Of a stretch of DNA of 64,000 bases, positions 18,802 through 28,645 are shown piece after piece. Source of the DNA: Synergistales bacterium (GTDB lineage: Bacteria > Synergistota > Synergistia > Synergistales > 79-D21); the NCBI GenBank assembly GCA_036722335.1, contig DAIMJI010000001.1, positions 61,915 through 125,914 on the forward strand. The letters run 5' to 3'. The translations under genes and the position numbers were made by a program. The notes beneath the pieces are model-generated. The model was not told where the DNA came from, searched no databases, and worked only from the letters and a program-made list of their open reading frames with translations. Every line of letters begins with the position of its first letter. Position 1 is the stretch's first letter.

Positions 18802-20160
18802 TCACCCCCCGATGGCACGGACAATTCTCTGGAAATGCTTTCCCCGCTCCTTGTAGTTGGGATAGGCGTCCCAACTCGTGCACGCAGGCGAGAGGAGGAC
18901 CGTTTCACCCGCCCTTGCCTCTTTATGGGCTTTTTCCACGGCCTCTTCCATGCAGCCAACCTGGATGATTCCCTCGAAGCCTTCCTTCTCGAGCGCTTTG
19001 ACGATTTTCTCCCTTTCGGTCCCTAATACGATGGCAACACGGGCATGTTCCTTCACGGCAGCCGCCAATGGACCGTAATCCTCCCCTTTTCCCTGTCCCC
19101 CGAGGATAACGATCTTGACGCCGGGAAGGGATGAAAGGGCCGTTACGCTCGCGGCAACGTTGGTTCCTTTTGAATCATCGACATAACTCACCCCGTCGAT
19201 CACCGCAACCGCCTCGCACCTGTGGGGAAGGGCAAGAAAAGTCGACAACGCCGGTTCAGCCTGTACCGGCTCGAACCCCAGCAAGGCAATGACCGCCATG
19301 GCCATCGCGGCGTTCTCCAGATTGTGCCTTCCCAGGAGGGAGAGGCTTTCATACCGGAACAGCCTTTCAGGTCTTCCTTCTCTCCAAAAGACCGCCTCGA
19401 CGCCTCCCATTTCGATCCTGCACTCCGCTCCGCCACTTTCTAGTTCCCACTCAAGGACACACTTTTTTACAGAGGGAACATTCGTAAAATGCCCGAGTTC
19501 CCTGGCCTGTAGGATGGCCCATTTCCCTGCTTCCTGCATTTTTAGAAGGTTCGCCTTCGCTTCGACGTACTTCTCGTAGGAACCGTGCCAATCCAGGTGA
19601 TCCGGGTCCAGGTTGGTCACTATGGAAACTTCCACTGGAAGATTCGATGCCCAATGAAGCTGGAAACTGCTCAACTCCATTACGAGGAAATCCAGTTCCG
19701 CATCTGCATAATCCGCTATCGGCCGCCCGATGTTGCCGATCGATTCCGCATTCTTCCCCATAGACTTGAGAAGGTGTCCCAGAAGTGCCGTCGTGGTGGA
19801 CTTTCCGTTGCTTCCGGTAACCCCCACGAGTTTCCCTTTAAGGAAAGGTGCCACGAAATCGAGTTCCCCGATGACCGGGATACCTCTTTTTTCCGCTTCC
19901 TTTACGGGTGCGGCGGTCGGGGAAATCCCCGAACTGAGGACAATCATGTCCGATTCCCAAAGCCGGGACCCGTGCCCTCCAAATTCGAACGCTATACCCA
20001 GGGATGACAGCTGTTCCACCGCATTGGGCTTGCAGGGCCCGTTGTCGGAAACAAAGGGACAAGCCTTCTTCCTTGCCGCAAGAGAGGCTAGGGAGATTCC
20101 GCTTAATCCGGAACCGACCACTCCGATCTTTTTTCCTTCAAGTGATTCCATGACTCGCAT
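18802..20160 (-). CDS. murD: UDP-N-acetylmuramoylalanine--D-glutamate ligase MurD
   Basis: Contains IGVVGSGLSGISLA and the P-loop GVTGSNGKSTTTAL. ATG 20160 lies just after the mraY stop; the track start at 20226 overlaps mraY. Confidence 0.93.
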   Translation of the reverse strand: MRVMESLEGKKIGVVGSGLSGISLASLAARKKACPFVSDNGPCKPNAVEQLSSLGIAFEFGGHGSRLWESDMIVLSSGISPTAAPVKEAEKRGIPVIGELDFVAPFLKGKLVGVTGSNGKSTTTALLGHLLKSMGKNAESIGNIGRPIADYADAELDFLVMELSSFQLHWASNLPVEVSIVTNLDPDHLDWHGSYEKYVEAKANLLKMQEAGKWAILQARELGHFTNVPSVKKCVLEWELESGGAECRIEMGGVEAVFWREGRPERLFRYESLSLLGRHNLENAAMAMAVIALLGFEPVQAEPALSTFLALPHRCEAVAVIDGVSYVDDSKGTNVAASVTALSSLPGVKIVILGGQGKGEDYGPLAAAVKEHARVAIVLGTEREKIVKALEKEGFEGIIQVGCMEEAVEKAHKEARAGETVLLSPACTSWDAYPNYKERGKHFQRIVRAIGG

Positions 20161-20164
20161 GTGT

Positions 20165-21130
20165 TTACCCCCAGACTCTAAAGGCCTTTCCCAGGAAAAA
20201 GACCGTTCCGGCCATTCCAAAGGCATGGACGAGCCAGAACCTCACGACAACCTGCGTTTCCGCCCATCCCAGGATCTCGAAATGATGATGGAGCGGGCTC
20301 ATCAGGAATACTTTCCTGTTCAGGCTCCGGATCGCGAATATCTGGACCGCTACGCTCACCAGTTCAATGCCGAAAAGAAATCCGAAAGGGATGAGAAAGG
20401 GCAATCCCCCGCCGAGTACACAAACACTGGTCAGGAGTCCTCCAAGGAAGTGTGAGCCCCCGTCCCCCATAAAAACCTTGGCAGGGTAGGCATTGTACCA
20501 AAGAAACCCGCCACAGACTCCCAGCCCGATGCATGCGGCTTGCCCTGCCACTGCGGTCCCCACGCCCAGCACGAGGATAACTCCCAGGAAGCTGATCGCC
20601 GCTGCTCCCGCTGCGAGTCCGTCCAGTCCGTCCGTGACATTCACTGCGTTCATCATTCCGACAGCGAAAAAAGCCAACACGCAGACCGCCGGTATCCCGG
20701 ATATGGGCATCCCGGGCAGAAGAGGCACTCGATCCACAAGCACAACGTAAGCGCTCCACGGCACTGCGACAAGAACCTGGAGGGCGAGTTTTTCCATTGA
20801 TTTCAGGCCTTCGCTGGATCTCTTGGCGTACTTCAGCCAGTCATCCGTAAAACCAACCGCAAACGCGCCGAGGGGCAATCCCCAAACGCCCGGTATCGAA
20901 CCCCAGTGGCCCCCCCCCAGAACGAGGCCCACCAGGCAAGCCAGGGGAAAGACAACCCCTCCCATAGTCGGGGTCCCGCTCTTTTGCTGCAGGTGACTCG
21001 CAAGGCCATAGGATTTCTCGACTTGCCCCACTTCCCACTTCCTGACAAGGGCAATCCAGCCACCCTCCAGAAGGATAGCGGCCAACCCCACCAACGCGGA
21101 AACCCAGAGTGCTCCCAGAGTCTCGATCAT
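20165..21130 (-). CDS. mraY: Phospho-N-acetylmuramoyl-pentapeptide transferase MraY
   Basis: Contains KSGTPTMGGVVF, NAVNVTDGLDGLAAG and MGDGGSHFLGG motifs. The start overlaps the murF stop as ATGA. Confidence 0.95.
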   Translation of the reverse strand: MIETLGALWVSALVGLAAILLEGGWIALVRKWEVGQVEKSYGLASHLQQKSGTPTMGGVVFPLACLVGLVLGGGHWGSIPGVWGLPLGAFAVGFTDDWLKYAKRSSEGLKSMEKLALQVLVAVPWSAYVVLVDRVPLLPGMPISGIPAVCVLAFFAVGMMNAVNVTDGLDGLAAGAAAISFLGVILVLGVGTAVAGQAACIGLGVCGGFLWYNAYPAKVFMGDGGSHFLGGLLTSVCVLGGGLPFLIPFGFLFGIELVSVAVQIFAIRSLNRKVFLMSPLHHHFEILGWAETQVVVRFWLVHAFGMAGTVFFLGKAFRVWG

Positions 21131-22521
21131 GATCCGGCCAGCCTTTCGACAACCCGTTCAAGGCCATAAAACCTTGACCCTTTGACCAGCACGGTATCCC
21201 TTTTCCCAACCAGCCCTTCCAGCAATTCAGAGGCGGATCCCGCGTCCTCTGCCCACCACATCGGAATGCCGCCGGGATGCCCTTCGGCAAGGAAGGGTTC
21301 CCACTCTTTCCCAACCAGGACCAATCCGTCAAGGAATCCCGTTTTATCGAGGATTTCCCTGTGAAGTTCCCCGGATCTTTCCCCCAACTCTTTCATCCCG
21401 CCAAGAACCGCCCATCTTTTTCCAGGAGATTCAAGGCTGGAAATCACTTCCAGGGCTGCCGCCACGGAAGATGGGTTGGCATTATACGACTCGTCTATAA
21501 CCAGGTGGACCCGTCCGTCCCTAAACCACATTCCCCTTCCTTTAAGGGGAGCCACCTTCGTCATACCCTGCAGGATAACTTCAGGTGAAACCCCTATGGC
21601 CACCCCTGTCATGAAGGCAAAACCAAGGTTATAAGCATGATGGGGCCCTTTCAGGAGAGATTCGCAAACCCAGCTCTGGCCGCCGTATGACAACCCGACC
21701 CTGAGCACCCCTCCCATGCTTTCCGTCGCTTCCGTGAGGAGCAGGGTGCTTCCCCGCCCAAAACCGACTCCAGCCATCCGGAAGGGGAAATCCGCCTTTT
21801 CCAGCGCCATGGATAAACGCTCGTCGTCCGAGTTGTAAATCAGCAAATCCAGCCCGTTCTTTGGAATGATCTCCAGTTTTGCCGCAAGAACCCCCTCGAG
21901 GCTGCCAAGTCCCTCCAGATGCACCGGGGCAATTGCCGTTATGACAGCGATCGTAGGCGGGAACTTCTCGACGATCGCGGCAATTTCACCAGGATGATTC
22001 GTTCCCATCTCGAAAACAAGGATTTCGGTTTCGGGCGGCATGGACAACACGGTCAGGGCACAGCCGATCAGGGTATTGTGGCTTCTCCTGGCCGCGTGGA
22101 CGTGAAGTGGGCCAGCGAGTGCCGACCTGATGAGTTCCCGGGTGGTCGTCTTTCCCATGCTTCCGGTTACGGCGATTTGCTGTCGGGGTTTAACCTCCTC
22201 AAGATACTTTTCCGCTATGGTAAGCAAGGCTTTTTCGGTGTCTTCGACAAGAAGGAGTGATGCTCCGCTTGCCTTCGCTTGTCCAATCCAGGAGGCCTCT
22301 CCCTCCGCCCTGCAAATGATGACACGGGCACCTCTCGCAAGCGATTCTCCTATGAACGCATGGCCATCCGAATGGCCTCCAGGAAGGGCGACAAATCCGT
22401 CGCCGACCTGGACATCCCTGCTGTCGGTCCAAATGCGCTCAGGCAGGATCCCTTCTGATCCGACCAGGCGTCCGCTGCACCAGCCAGCCGATTCTCCAAG
22501 TCCCGGCCTGTCCCTACGCAT
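21127..22521 (-). CDS. murF: UDP-N-acetylmuramoyl-tripeptide--D-alanyl-D-alanine ligase MurF
   Basis: P-loop AVTGSMGKTTTREL and Mur ligase C-domain blocks, in the canonical position after murE. Confidence 0.92.
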   Translation of the reverse strand: MRRDRPGLGESAGWCSGRLVGSEGILPERIWTDSRDVQVGDGFVALPGGHSDGHAFIGESLARGARVIICRAEGEASWIGQAKASGASLLLVEDTEKALLTIAEKYLEEVKPRQQIAVTGSMGKTTTRELIRSALAGPLHVHAARRSHNTLIGCALTVLSMPPETEILVFEMGTNHPGEIAAIVEKFPPTIAVITAIAPVHLEGLGSLEGVLAAKLEIIPKNGLDLLIYNSDDERLSMALEKADFPFRMAGVGFGRGSTLLLTEATESMGGVLRVGLSYGGQSWVCESLLKGPHHAYNLGFAFMTGVAIGVSPEVILQGMTKVAPLKGRGMWFRDGRVHLVIDESYNANPSSVAAALEVISSLESPGKRWAVLGGMKELGERSGELHREILDKTGFLDGLVLVGKEWEPFLAEGHPGGIPMWWAEDAGSASELLEGLVGKRDTVLVKGSRFYGLERVVERLAGS

Positions 22522-24037
22522 ACGGCCACTCCAGTCCCCGGGCTTTGGCCCAGTCCTTCACCGTTTGCTTGTCGCTGTAGGGGAGGGTCTTGTCACCGAT
22601 GATGATGTAAGGTTCGGGACCTTTCCCGGAAACAAGCACGATGTCGCCCGGCGCAGCATGATCAAGCGCGAAACGGATCGCTTCGGGGCGATCGAGCAGG
22701 ACACTGTGTCCTCCAAGGCGTTTGCCGTGCAAGAGGCCGGAAGCAATATCGAGGGCTATCGCCGCGGGATCCTCGCTCCTCGGGTTGTCCATCGTGATGA
22801 CAAGCTCATCGGCAAGCTCCGAAGCCACTTCTCCCATGAGAGGGCGGTTAGGAGCATATCTCTCCCCTCCCATTCCGAAAACGGACCATATCTTTTGCTT
22901 ACCGTTAACCAGTTCCCTTAGGGTTTGCAACACATTTCGGAGGGCATCGGGGCTATGGGCGTAATCGATAATGCAGCAGACTCCGTTTTCGAAAAGGTAT
23001 CTCTCGAGCCGTCCAGGAACCTGCGGAGACTTTTCCAGCCCGGTTGCGATTGCGTCTTCACCTATGCCGAGTCCCCACGCAAGGGCGGCTGCCGATAGAG
23101 AGTTGTAGACATTGTAGCGCCCGGTGAGCGGAATGTTCAGTTTTCGGACTTCTTTTCCTCCTGGGAAAAGGATATCTAGCGCAATACCCCTCAGCGACAT
23201 CGCCAGGAGTCTTGCCCGGACAGTCTCCAGGCCCTCATCATTCAACCCGTAGGGGATCACCCTTCCCCCGAATTCCGCGATCAATCGCTTCCCGAAAGGA
23301 TCATCGGCATTCGCCGCTCCCACCCATTCCCCTCTCGTGAATTCGGTAAAAAGCTTCCTTTTTGCCTGGAAATAGGTTTCCATCTCCCCGTGAAAATCCA
23401 GGTGTTCGGGAGTGAGGTTGGTGAAACCGACCGCATCAAACAGGCATCCCCATAGACGCCCTTGCTCAAGCCCATGCGATGAGGCTTCCATCACGCAGGC
23501 CTTGCATCCGTTTGCCACCATCCTGGCAAGCCATTCCTGGATCTCGTCACTTTCAGGCGTGGTCCTGTCAGCCAGTGTTTCTCCCGCACCATCGTGGTAG
23601 ACGATCGTGCCGAGGAGGCCCGAAGGGATGCCGGCCTTTTCAAGGACCGAACGCATAAGGTAGGTCGTCGTGCTCTTGCCGTTTGTTCCCGTCAGGGCCA
23701 ACATTTTGAGCTTATCCCCTGGAAACCCGTTATGGAACGATGCTAGGCAAGCCATGGCCCGTCTTGCGTCGGTGACCAGGATCTGTGGAATTTCGATATC
23801 CAGGGCTCTTTCGCACAGGAGAGCAACCGCCCCATTTCCAAGTGCGGCCTGGGCAAAATCATGGCCGTCATGACGGGTTCCAGGAAGGCAACAGAAAAGC
23901 GCCCCATCCGAGACCCTTGATGTGTGATGCGTGATTCTTTTTATTTCCAGGCCACAACAAGGATCCTGCCTGCCCCACGTCGCGGAACAAAGCAGGCCTT
24001 TTTCGTCAAGGAAGCGAATTCCTTCGTTGAACTCCAT
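22514..24037 (-). CDS. murE: UDP-N-acetylmuramoyl-L-alanyl-D-glutamate--2,6-diaminopimelate (or L-lysine) ligase MurE
   Basis: P-loop LTGTNGKSTTTYL and the IIDYAHSPDAL block. Amino-acid specificity was not resolved from the sequence by eye. Confidence 0.93.
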   Translation of the reverse strand: MEFNEGIRFLDEKGLLCSATWGRQDPCCGLEIKRITHHTSRVSDGALFCCLPGTRHDGHDFAQAALGNGAVALLCERALDIEIPQILVTDARRAMACLASFHNGFPGDKLKMLALTGTNGKSTTTYLMRSVLEKAGIPSGLLGTIVYHDGAGETLADRTTPESDEIQEWLARMVANGCKACVMEASSHGLEQGRLWGCLFDAVGFTNLTPEHLDFHGEMETYFQAKRKLFTEFTRGEWVGAANADDPFGKRLIAEFGGRVIPYGLNDEGLETVRARLLAMSLRGIALDILFPGGKEVRKLNIPLTGRYNVYNSLSAAALAWGLGIGEDAIATGLEKSPQVPGRLERYLFENGVCCIIDYAHSPDALRNVLQTLRELVNGKQKIWSVFGMGGERYAPNRPLMGEVASELADELVITMDNPRSEDPAAIALDIASGLLHGKRLGGHSVLLDRPEAIRFALDHAAPGDIVLVSGKGPEPYIIIGDKTLPYSDKQTVKDWAKARGLEWPYA

Positions 24038-24059
24038 CCGCCCTACCCCCTCTCCCGCC

Positions 24060-25718
24060 CTACCTGGCTAGCAGGAGAAAATCTTCCAGTATCGCCCTGA
24101 ATGTCGGAGCCGCTATCGCACCGCCGAGGTGCCCCTTTTGCGAGGGTTCCCCCAGGACGATCAGAAGCAGGTGATCAGGGTGCTCAACCGGCCAAAACCC
24201 GACAAAGGAAGCCACGAACCTTCCCTTCACATACTTGCCGTGTTCAGCGACTTGCGCGGTTCCCGTCTTTCCTCCTACGGCGACATTTCCCGAATTCGCC
24301 GCTTTGCCCGTTCCGCGGATGACGACCTGACTCATGACATTCCTTATCCAATCACTTGTATTCCTGGAAATGACGACATTTTTCTCGAATTCCTTGCCTC
24401 GGTAAACGATCTTCCCCTCTCCGTCCTTCGCCTCTTTTACGATAAACGGCCTCAGGCAACGACCGCCGTTCACGACTGCGGAAAGGGCGGTCGCAAGTTG
24501 CAGCGGGGTAACCCCGATTCCCTGCCCAATGGCGATGTTGGCCGGCACGACACCTCTCCATTGCTCAGGGGTGCTGACCAATCCTTCTTCTTCGGCGGGA
24601 AGCTCAATGCCGCTGGAGAATGAAAACCCCCACTGCCTCAGGTTGTCATAGGCGAACCGCGGCTTGAACCGGATACCGATCTGTGCCATGCCCACGTTAC
24701 AGCTATTGATGAGCAAATCGGGCAAGACCTGTCGCCCGTGAGCCTTGATGTCTGTGACAACCCCGTCAGCGATTCGAATCCTTCCCGCACAGTTGAAGGT
24801 TTCGTTCTTGCGGACCAGTCCCTGGTCCATAGCGACGGCCATGATGACGGGCTTCAAGGTGGACCCAGGCTCATATACCCGCCCAATCACGTTGTTAAGG
24901 CGTGCGGCAGGGTCCAGAAGGGTTTCCCTGCGATTAGGGTCAAAAGCGGGCCATGATGCCAAAGCCAGCACTTTTCCATCTCCGGGGTCGAGACAAACGG
25001 CCGCCGCCCATTTGGGCTTGTAAACATCCGTGGCTTCCCTCAGCCTCTTTTCCACCACCATTTGCAGGACCGGGTCAATGGTCAGCGTCATTTCCCCTGG
25101 ACCCAGCGCCTTCGGTGCTCTCTGGAGAGATAAAAGGTCAATTCCCTGGCCCGCCGCGTCGCGGGCCAGGATCTTGGTCTGAGGCGGAGAGTAGAGGATG
25201 TCCTGCCAAGACTGTTCCAATCCCGCCAAGCCTTCATCATCGATATCGCAGAATCCCAGGACGTGGGCAAGAAGCTCCCCTTGGGGATAGACCCTTTTCC
25301 TTTCTTTAAGGGCATAGAGGCCGGGAAGCTTTCTCGAAAGGAGCCGGGTGGCCAGCTCGGGTTGGACCTTTCTCGCAACCCAAACGAAACGGCCCTTCAT
25401 TGGCCTTGAAAATTTTTCAAGATCCCCTTTTGGAAGAAGATTTTTTAGAACTTCCTTCAATTCGTGGGCATTAGCGGGGTCCCAGTATTGGGGATCGATG
25501 AAAAGACTTGTGGCCGGGACTGACATCGCCAGGGCAGCCCCTCGGCTATCCCTGATGACTCCCCGGTTTGTGCTGATCGAAATCTGGGTCCAGTATTGAC
25601 TGCTTGCCTGGTTGACTGTCCTGGGATCAGGCCAGACCTGCACGATGGCAAGCCGAACGACGAGAACGGCTAAGGCCAGGAATAGCCAGGTCCAGACATT
25701 TCTGATTATTCGAAACAA
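24060..25718 (-). CDS. ftsI: Penicillin-binding protein (FtsI-type class B transpeptidase)
   Basis: N-terminal TM helix, a dimerisation domain, and the transpeptidase motifs EPGSTLKP (SxxK) and GGKTGTA (KTG). Confidence 0.9.
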   Translation of the reverse strand: MFRIIRNVWTWLFLALAVLVVRLAIVQVWPDPRTVNQASSQYWTQISISTNRGVIRDSRGAALAMSVPATSLFIDPQYWDPANAHELKEVLKNLLPKGDLEKFSRPMKGRFVWVARKVQPELATRLLSRKLPGLYALKERKRVYPQGELLAHVLGFCDIDDEGLAGLEQSWQDILYSPPQTKILARDAAGQGIDLLSLQRAPKALGPGEMTLTIDPVLQMVVEKRLREATDVYKPKWAAAVCLDPGDGKVLALASWPAFDPNRRETLLDPAARLNNVIGRVYEPGSTLKPVIMAVAMDQGLVRKNETFNCAGRIRIADGVVTDIKAHGRQVLPDLLINSCNVGMAQIGIRFKPRFAYDNLRQWGFSFSSGIELPAEEEGLVSTPEQWRGVVPANIAIGQGIGVTPLQLATALSAVVNGGRCLRPFIVKEAKDGEGKIVYRGKEFEKNVVISRNTSDWIRNVMSQVVIRGTGKAANSGNVAVGGKTGTAQVAEHGKYVKGRFVASFVGFWPVEHPDHLLLIVLGEPSQKGHLGGAIAAPTFRAILEDFLLLAR

Positions 25719-25760
25719 CCCTATCCCGCCTATCCCCTTGCCGTTCCAGCGCTCTCCGGC

Positions 25761-26189
25761 TCAATCCTGGGCGTGTGCCTCTCCCTGGAAAAACCCCAGG
25801 AGACTGAACCCCGCAGTCGACTTCCCTTCGGGGCTTCTTGGCCGGGAAGCCACCGCCATACGGTTCGTAACAGACACCGGGACAGAAATGACCGCGACCT
25901 TTTCTCCATTCGCCATGCCCATTTTTGCACTCGCCACACTATACACTCTTGAGGGAGATAGTAAAGAAGCCATATTGTTTCTCAAATCAAGCTCAATTTC
26001 CTGGTAGTTTTCAATCGTTTCGTTGAGCCGCGTCAGGCGCTGCTCCAGACTCATGTTGAAAAGCCGGATACCGCCCAGTCCCATGACGAGGAAGCCTATA
26101 AGGACGGCAATTGCTGCAAAGGCCGAGTGTGTACGGCTACCGCACTGCTTTCTTCCTCGAGCCCTAGAAACGGATGCCATCACCCTCAC
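25761..26189 (-). CDS. ftsL: FtsL-like cell division protein (single TM helix plus coiled coil)
   Basis: 142 aa with TM helix FAAIAVLIGFLVMGLGGI followed by a heptad-rich segment. It occupies the slot between rsmH and ftsI, and its start overlaps the rsmH stop. The call rests on position and topology only. Confidence 0.55.
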   Translation of the reverse strand: MRVMASVSRARGRKQCGSRTHSAFAAIAVLIGFLVMGLGGIRLFNMSLEQRLTRLNETIENYQEIELDLRNNMASLLSPSRVYSVASAKMGMANGEKVAVISVPVSVTNRMAVASRPRSPEGKSTAGFSLLGFFQGEAHAQD

Positions 26190-27106
26190 CTGCCCTTCCT
26201 GATCGCTGATCCTGCCATTCTGAAAACCCTCAACATGGCACTTCTGGACTTGTAGTTTCTCTGGACTTCTTCATCGCTGGGCATGATCGCCTTTCGGGGA
26301 AACCTGCGCCCCATGCCTGATTTCTCCCAGTCGTTGAAAGAGTGCTTGACGATCCTGTCCTCAAGGGAGTGGTAACTGATAACGATGATGCATCCCTTGT
26401 GATCGACTGAACCTGAAGCTTCTTCCAATCCTTCCCGCAAAGCCCCTATTTCGTCATTCACGGCAATCCGCAAAGCCTGGAAGGTCCTTCGGGCCGGATG
26501 CCGGTTCATTTTCCTCTGGAGAGGAGACGGCAGGGTTTTCCGTATGACTTCAACCAACTCCCCTGTCGTTTCGATCGGCCCTTTTCGCTGCCTGTAGGCA
26601 ACAATTCCTTTCGCGATTTGCCCTGCGTAAGGTTCCTCTCCGAAGTCCCGGATAAGCCGTCTCAAATCGTCCAGAGAAAGTGTGTTCAGCAAATTGGCTG
26701 CTGTCTGGCCTTCGACTCCCATCCGCATGTCGAGGGGCCCGTCCTCCTGGAAGGAAAAACCTCTTTCGGCTATAGAAAGCTGGAGGTTCGAGACGCCAAG
26801 GTCAAAAACAACCGCGTCGGGCTTCCCCCAGCCAATTTCTTCCAAGACGGCCCCGATCCGTCGAAAATTGCTTTCACACGCAACGAAACGCCCTTGCCGG
26901 GATGCCTCTGAAAGCCTTTTTTGAGATTGCTCCAAAGCCATGGCATCCTGGTCTATCCCTAGAACCCTACAGGACTCCCACTGGTTGAGGAACCGCTCGG
27001 AGTAGCCACCTAGGCCGAGGGTTGCGTCCACGATGAATGCCGGAGGGCCCCCGGCTTCGATCTGGCTGACGACTTCTTCAAGGAGAACGGGAACGTGCTC
27101 GATCAA
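26186..27106 (-). CDS. rsmH: 16S rRNA (cytosine1402-N4)-methyltransferase RsmH (MraW)
   Basis: Contains HVPVLLEEV, DATLGLGGYS, DLGVSNLQL and SYHSLEDRIVK blocks. Confidence 0.95.
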   Translation of the reverse strand: MIEHVPVLLEEVVSQIEAGGPPAFIVDATLGLGGYSERFLNQWESCRVLGIDQDAMALEQSQKRLSEASRQGRFVACESNFRRIGAVLEEIGWGKPDAVVFDLGVSNLQLSIAERGFSFQEDGPLDMRMGVEGQTAANLLNTLSLDDLRRLIRDFGEEPYAGQIAKGIVAYRQRKGPIETTGELVEVIRKTLPSPLQRKMNRHPARRTFQALRIAVNDEIGALREGLEEASGSVDHKGCIIVISYHSLEDRIVKHSFNDWEKSGMGRRFPRKAIMPSDEEVQRNYKSRSAMLRVFRMAGSAIRKGR

Positions 27107-27528
27107 AACCCGTCCACCTCCTCAGCTATTTCGGGCAGGGTTTCCATGACACGTGACCGGTAGTCGTTCCATTTCGCGGCGTTCCAGACTTCGATATGGT
27201 CAAGGACACCGTTGATGCTGACTTCAGACTCAACGTCCGCCTGCTCGCGCAGGGGCTGGGGCAACAAGATCCGGCCGGCAGGATCGATTGGGACTTCGTG
27301 GGCCGAGGCAAGCAGGACTCTCACCAGGTCCCTCGTCTTCCCTTTCGAGTACGGAAGGCCATGTAGGCGCTCCAGTACGCCTTCCCAGCTTTTCTGCGAA
27401 TAGATCGAAATGCAACGGTCGATACCAAAGGACGCGACGACGCTGCTCCCGAGTTCCTCCCGGAACCGGGCAGGGATGACAAGTCGTCCTTTTGAGTCCA
27501 ACTTGTGCTCATATGTCCCCACCAGCAT
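27103..27528 (-). CDS. mraZ: Transcriptional regulator MraZ
   Basis: Two SpoVT/AbrB-like halves, each with the LDSKGRLVIPARFR / IDPAGRILLP DxxGR motif. ATG 27528 (MLVGTYEHKLDSKGR) has a GGAGG SD 8 nt upstream; the track start at 27564 adds 12 unsupported residues. Confidence 0.92.
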   Translation of the reverse strand: MLVGTYEHKLDSKGRLVIPARFREELGSSVVASFGIDRCISIYSQKSWEGVLERLHGLPYSKGKTRDLVRVLLASAHEVPIDPAGRILLPQPLREQADVESEVSINGVLDHIEVWNAAKWNDYRSRVMETLPEIAEEVDGF

Positions 27529-27539
27529 CGCATTTTCCT

Positions 27540-27596
27540 CCCACGTTATGACACTTTTTCCCACCTAGACCCACTTTATCACTTCACTCACCCCAC
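27540..27596 (-). promoter_or_regulatory. Four GTGGG direct repeats upstream of mraZ (candidate MraZ operator)
   Basis: Minus-strand GTGGG occurs at 27596-27592, 27574-27570, 27564-27560 and 27544-27540, spaced 22, 10 and 20 bp apart. MraZ operators in other bacteria are TGGG-containing direct repeats with roughly 10-bp phasing in the dcw promoter region. The last copy overlaps the mraZ SD. Confidence 0.4.
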
Positions 27597-27703
27597 GGGT
27601 GATTCGTTAGCCTCAAATGGTAATAGACTTTTTGGGTATAAAGCCCCATCTTTATTCCGAATTCATCTAACTGCCACCATGTTCTGGACTCAGGGACAAG
27701 GAC

Positions 27704-27737
27704 AAAAAAAAAGAAGACCCTCAAAAAGGGTCTTCTT
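27704..27737 (-). terminator. Rho-independent terminator downstream of rnpB
   Basis: The minus strand carries a 9-bp stem AGAAGACCC/GGGUCUUCU with a 7-nt loop, followed by a U8-9 run (plus-strand A-run 27705-27713). Confidence 0.75.
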
Positions 27738-27741
27738 TAGG

Positions 27742-28087
27742 GGAGCATCCCATAAGCCGGGTTCTGTCATGAACGACCATTTATCTAGGCTTTGGCTTAC
27801 GCCAAAGCTCAAGCGACCGTACCCGGGGGTCAGCGGGCCGCCTCATCCCCCCCTATTCGGTCTTGCTCCGGACGGGGTTTACCTAGCCCGCAGGTCACCC
27901 TGCGGCTGGTGGGCTCTTACCCCACCTTTTCACCCTTACCGGCTTTAGGCCGGCGGTTTGTTTCTGTGGCACTCGCCTGAGGTTCGCACCTACTGGACGT
28001 TATCCAGCGTCCTGCCCTGCGGAGCCCGGACTTTCCTCCCCCGCTGGCCTGGAGGCTCTGCGGCGGCGGTCGTTTGTGATACTCCCG
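27742..28087 (-). ncRNA. rnpB: RNase P RNA, bacterial type A
   Basis: The reverse complement contains the universal blocks:
- GAGGAAAGTCCGGGCTCC (28022-28037)
- CCACAGAAAC
- GGTAAGGGTGAAAAGGTGGGGTAAGAGCCCACC
- GGTAAACCCC
- GCAAGACCGAATAGG
- AGATAAATGG
- ACAGAACCCGGCTTA
A P1 helix pairs 5' GGGAGUAUC with 3' GAUGCUCCC. A TAAAAT -10-like hexamer at 28094-28099 sits 7 nt upstream of the predicted 5' end. Confidence 0.93.
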
Positions 28088-28113
28088 CCCCTATTTTACA
28101 TCAGGGAGTCGAA

Positions 28114-28635
28114 CTATGTGCCTGCCTTTCTCGAATGTGCCTTCGCAAGGTCTATATAAACTTTTGCAAGCTTTAATATCCGTTCCCTTTCCTCAGCACT
28201 CACGCACCTGACGATTCGCGCTGGAGTCCCCATCAGCAGGCTGCCTGGCGGGAACTCCTTCCCCTCCGGGACCAGGCTTCCCGCGGCCACGACCGAACCT
28301 TCCCCGATCTTCGCTCCGTCCAGAACGATGGCACCCATCCCGATCAGGCATCCGCTTTCAACGACACAGCCGTGCAGGATTGCACCATGGCCAACAGTCA
28401 CGCGCTCCCCCAGAGAAACCCCAAGTTCATGGGTAACGTGGAGAATGGCACCATCCTGTATGTTGCTTCCCGGACCAATGCGAATCTCCTTCAAGTCGCC
28501 CCTGATCACGGCTCCGTACCAGACACTGGCGTCCTTTCCCAACAAAACATCCCCAAGAACGACGGCAGAGCCGGCCACGAAGGCCGCCTCTGCCGTCCTC
28601 GGTTCTGCGTCTATCTTTTCAAAACGGTCCTTCAT
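28114..28635 (-). CDS. Gamma-class carbonic anhydrase-like / left-handed beta-helix (hexapeptide repeat) protein
   Basis: 173 aa with SVWYGAVIRGD, IGPGSNIQDGAILH and VTVGHGAILHGC blocks of the YrdA/PaaY/CaiE family. Confidence 0.85.
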   Translation of the reverse strand: MKDRFEKIDAEPRTAEAAFVAGSAVVLGDVLLGKDASVWYGAVIRGDLKEIRIGPGSNIQDGAILHVTHELGVSLGERVTVGHGAILHGCVVESGCLIGMGAIVLDGAKIGEGSVVAAGSLVPEGKEFPPGSLLMGTPARIVRCVSAEERERILKLAKVYIDLAKAHSRKAGT

Positions 28636-28645
28636 AGCCCTTTCC

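Noticed and set aside
27505-28176. Three plus-strand track ORFs (27505..27948, 27792..27980, 27958..28176) in the mraZ / gamma-CA gap
   Set aside because: The region is fully explained by RNase P RNA on the minus strand plus its terminator. The ORFs have no SD sequences and no recognisable protein features.
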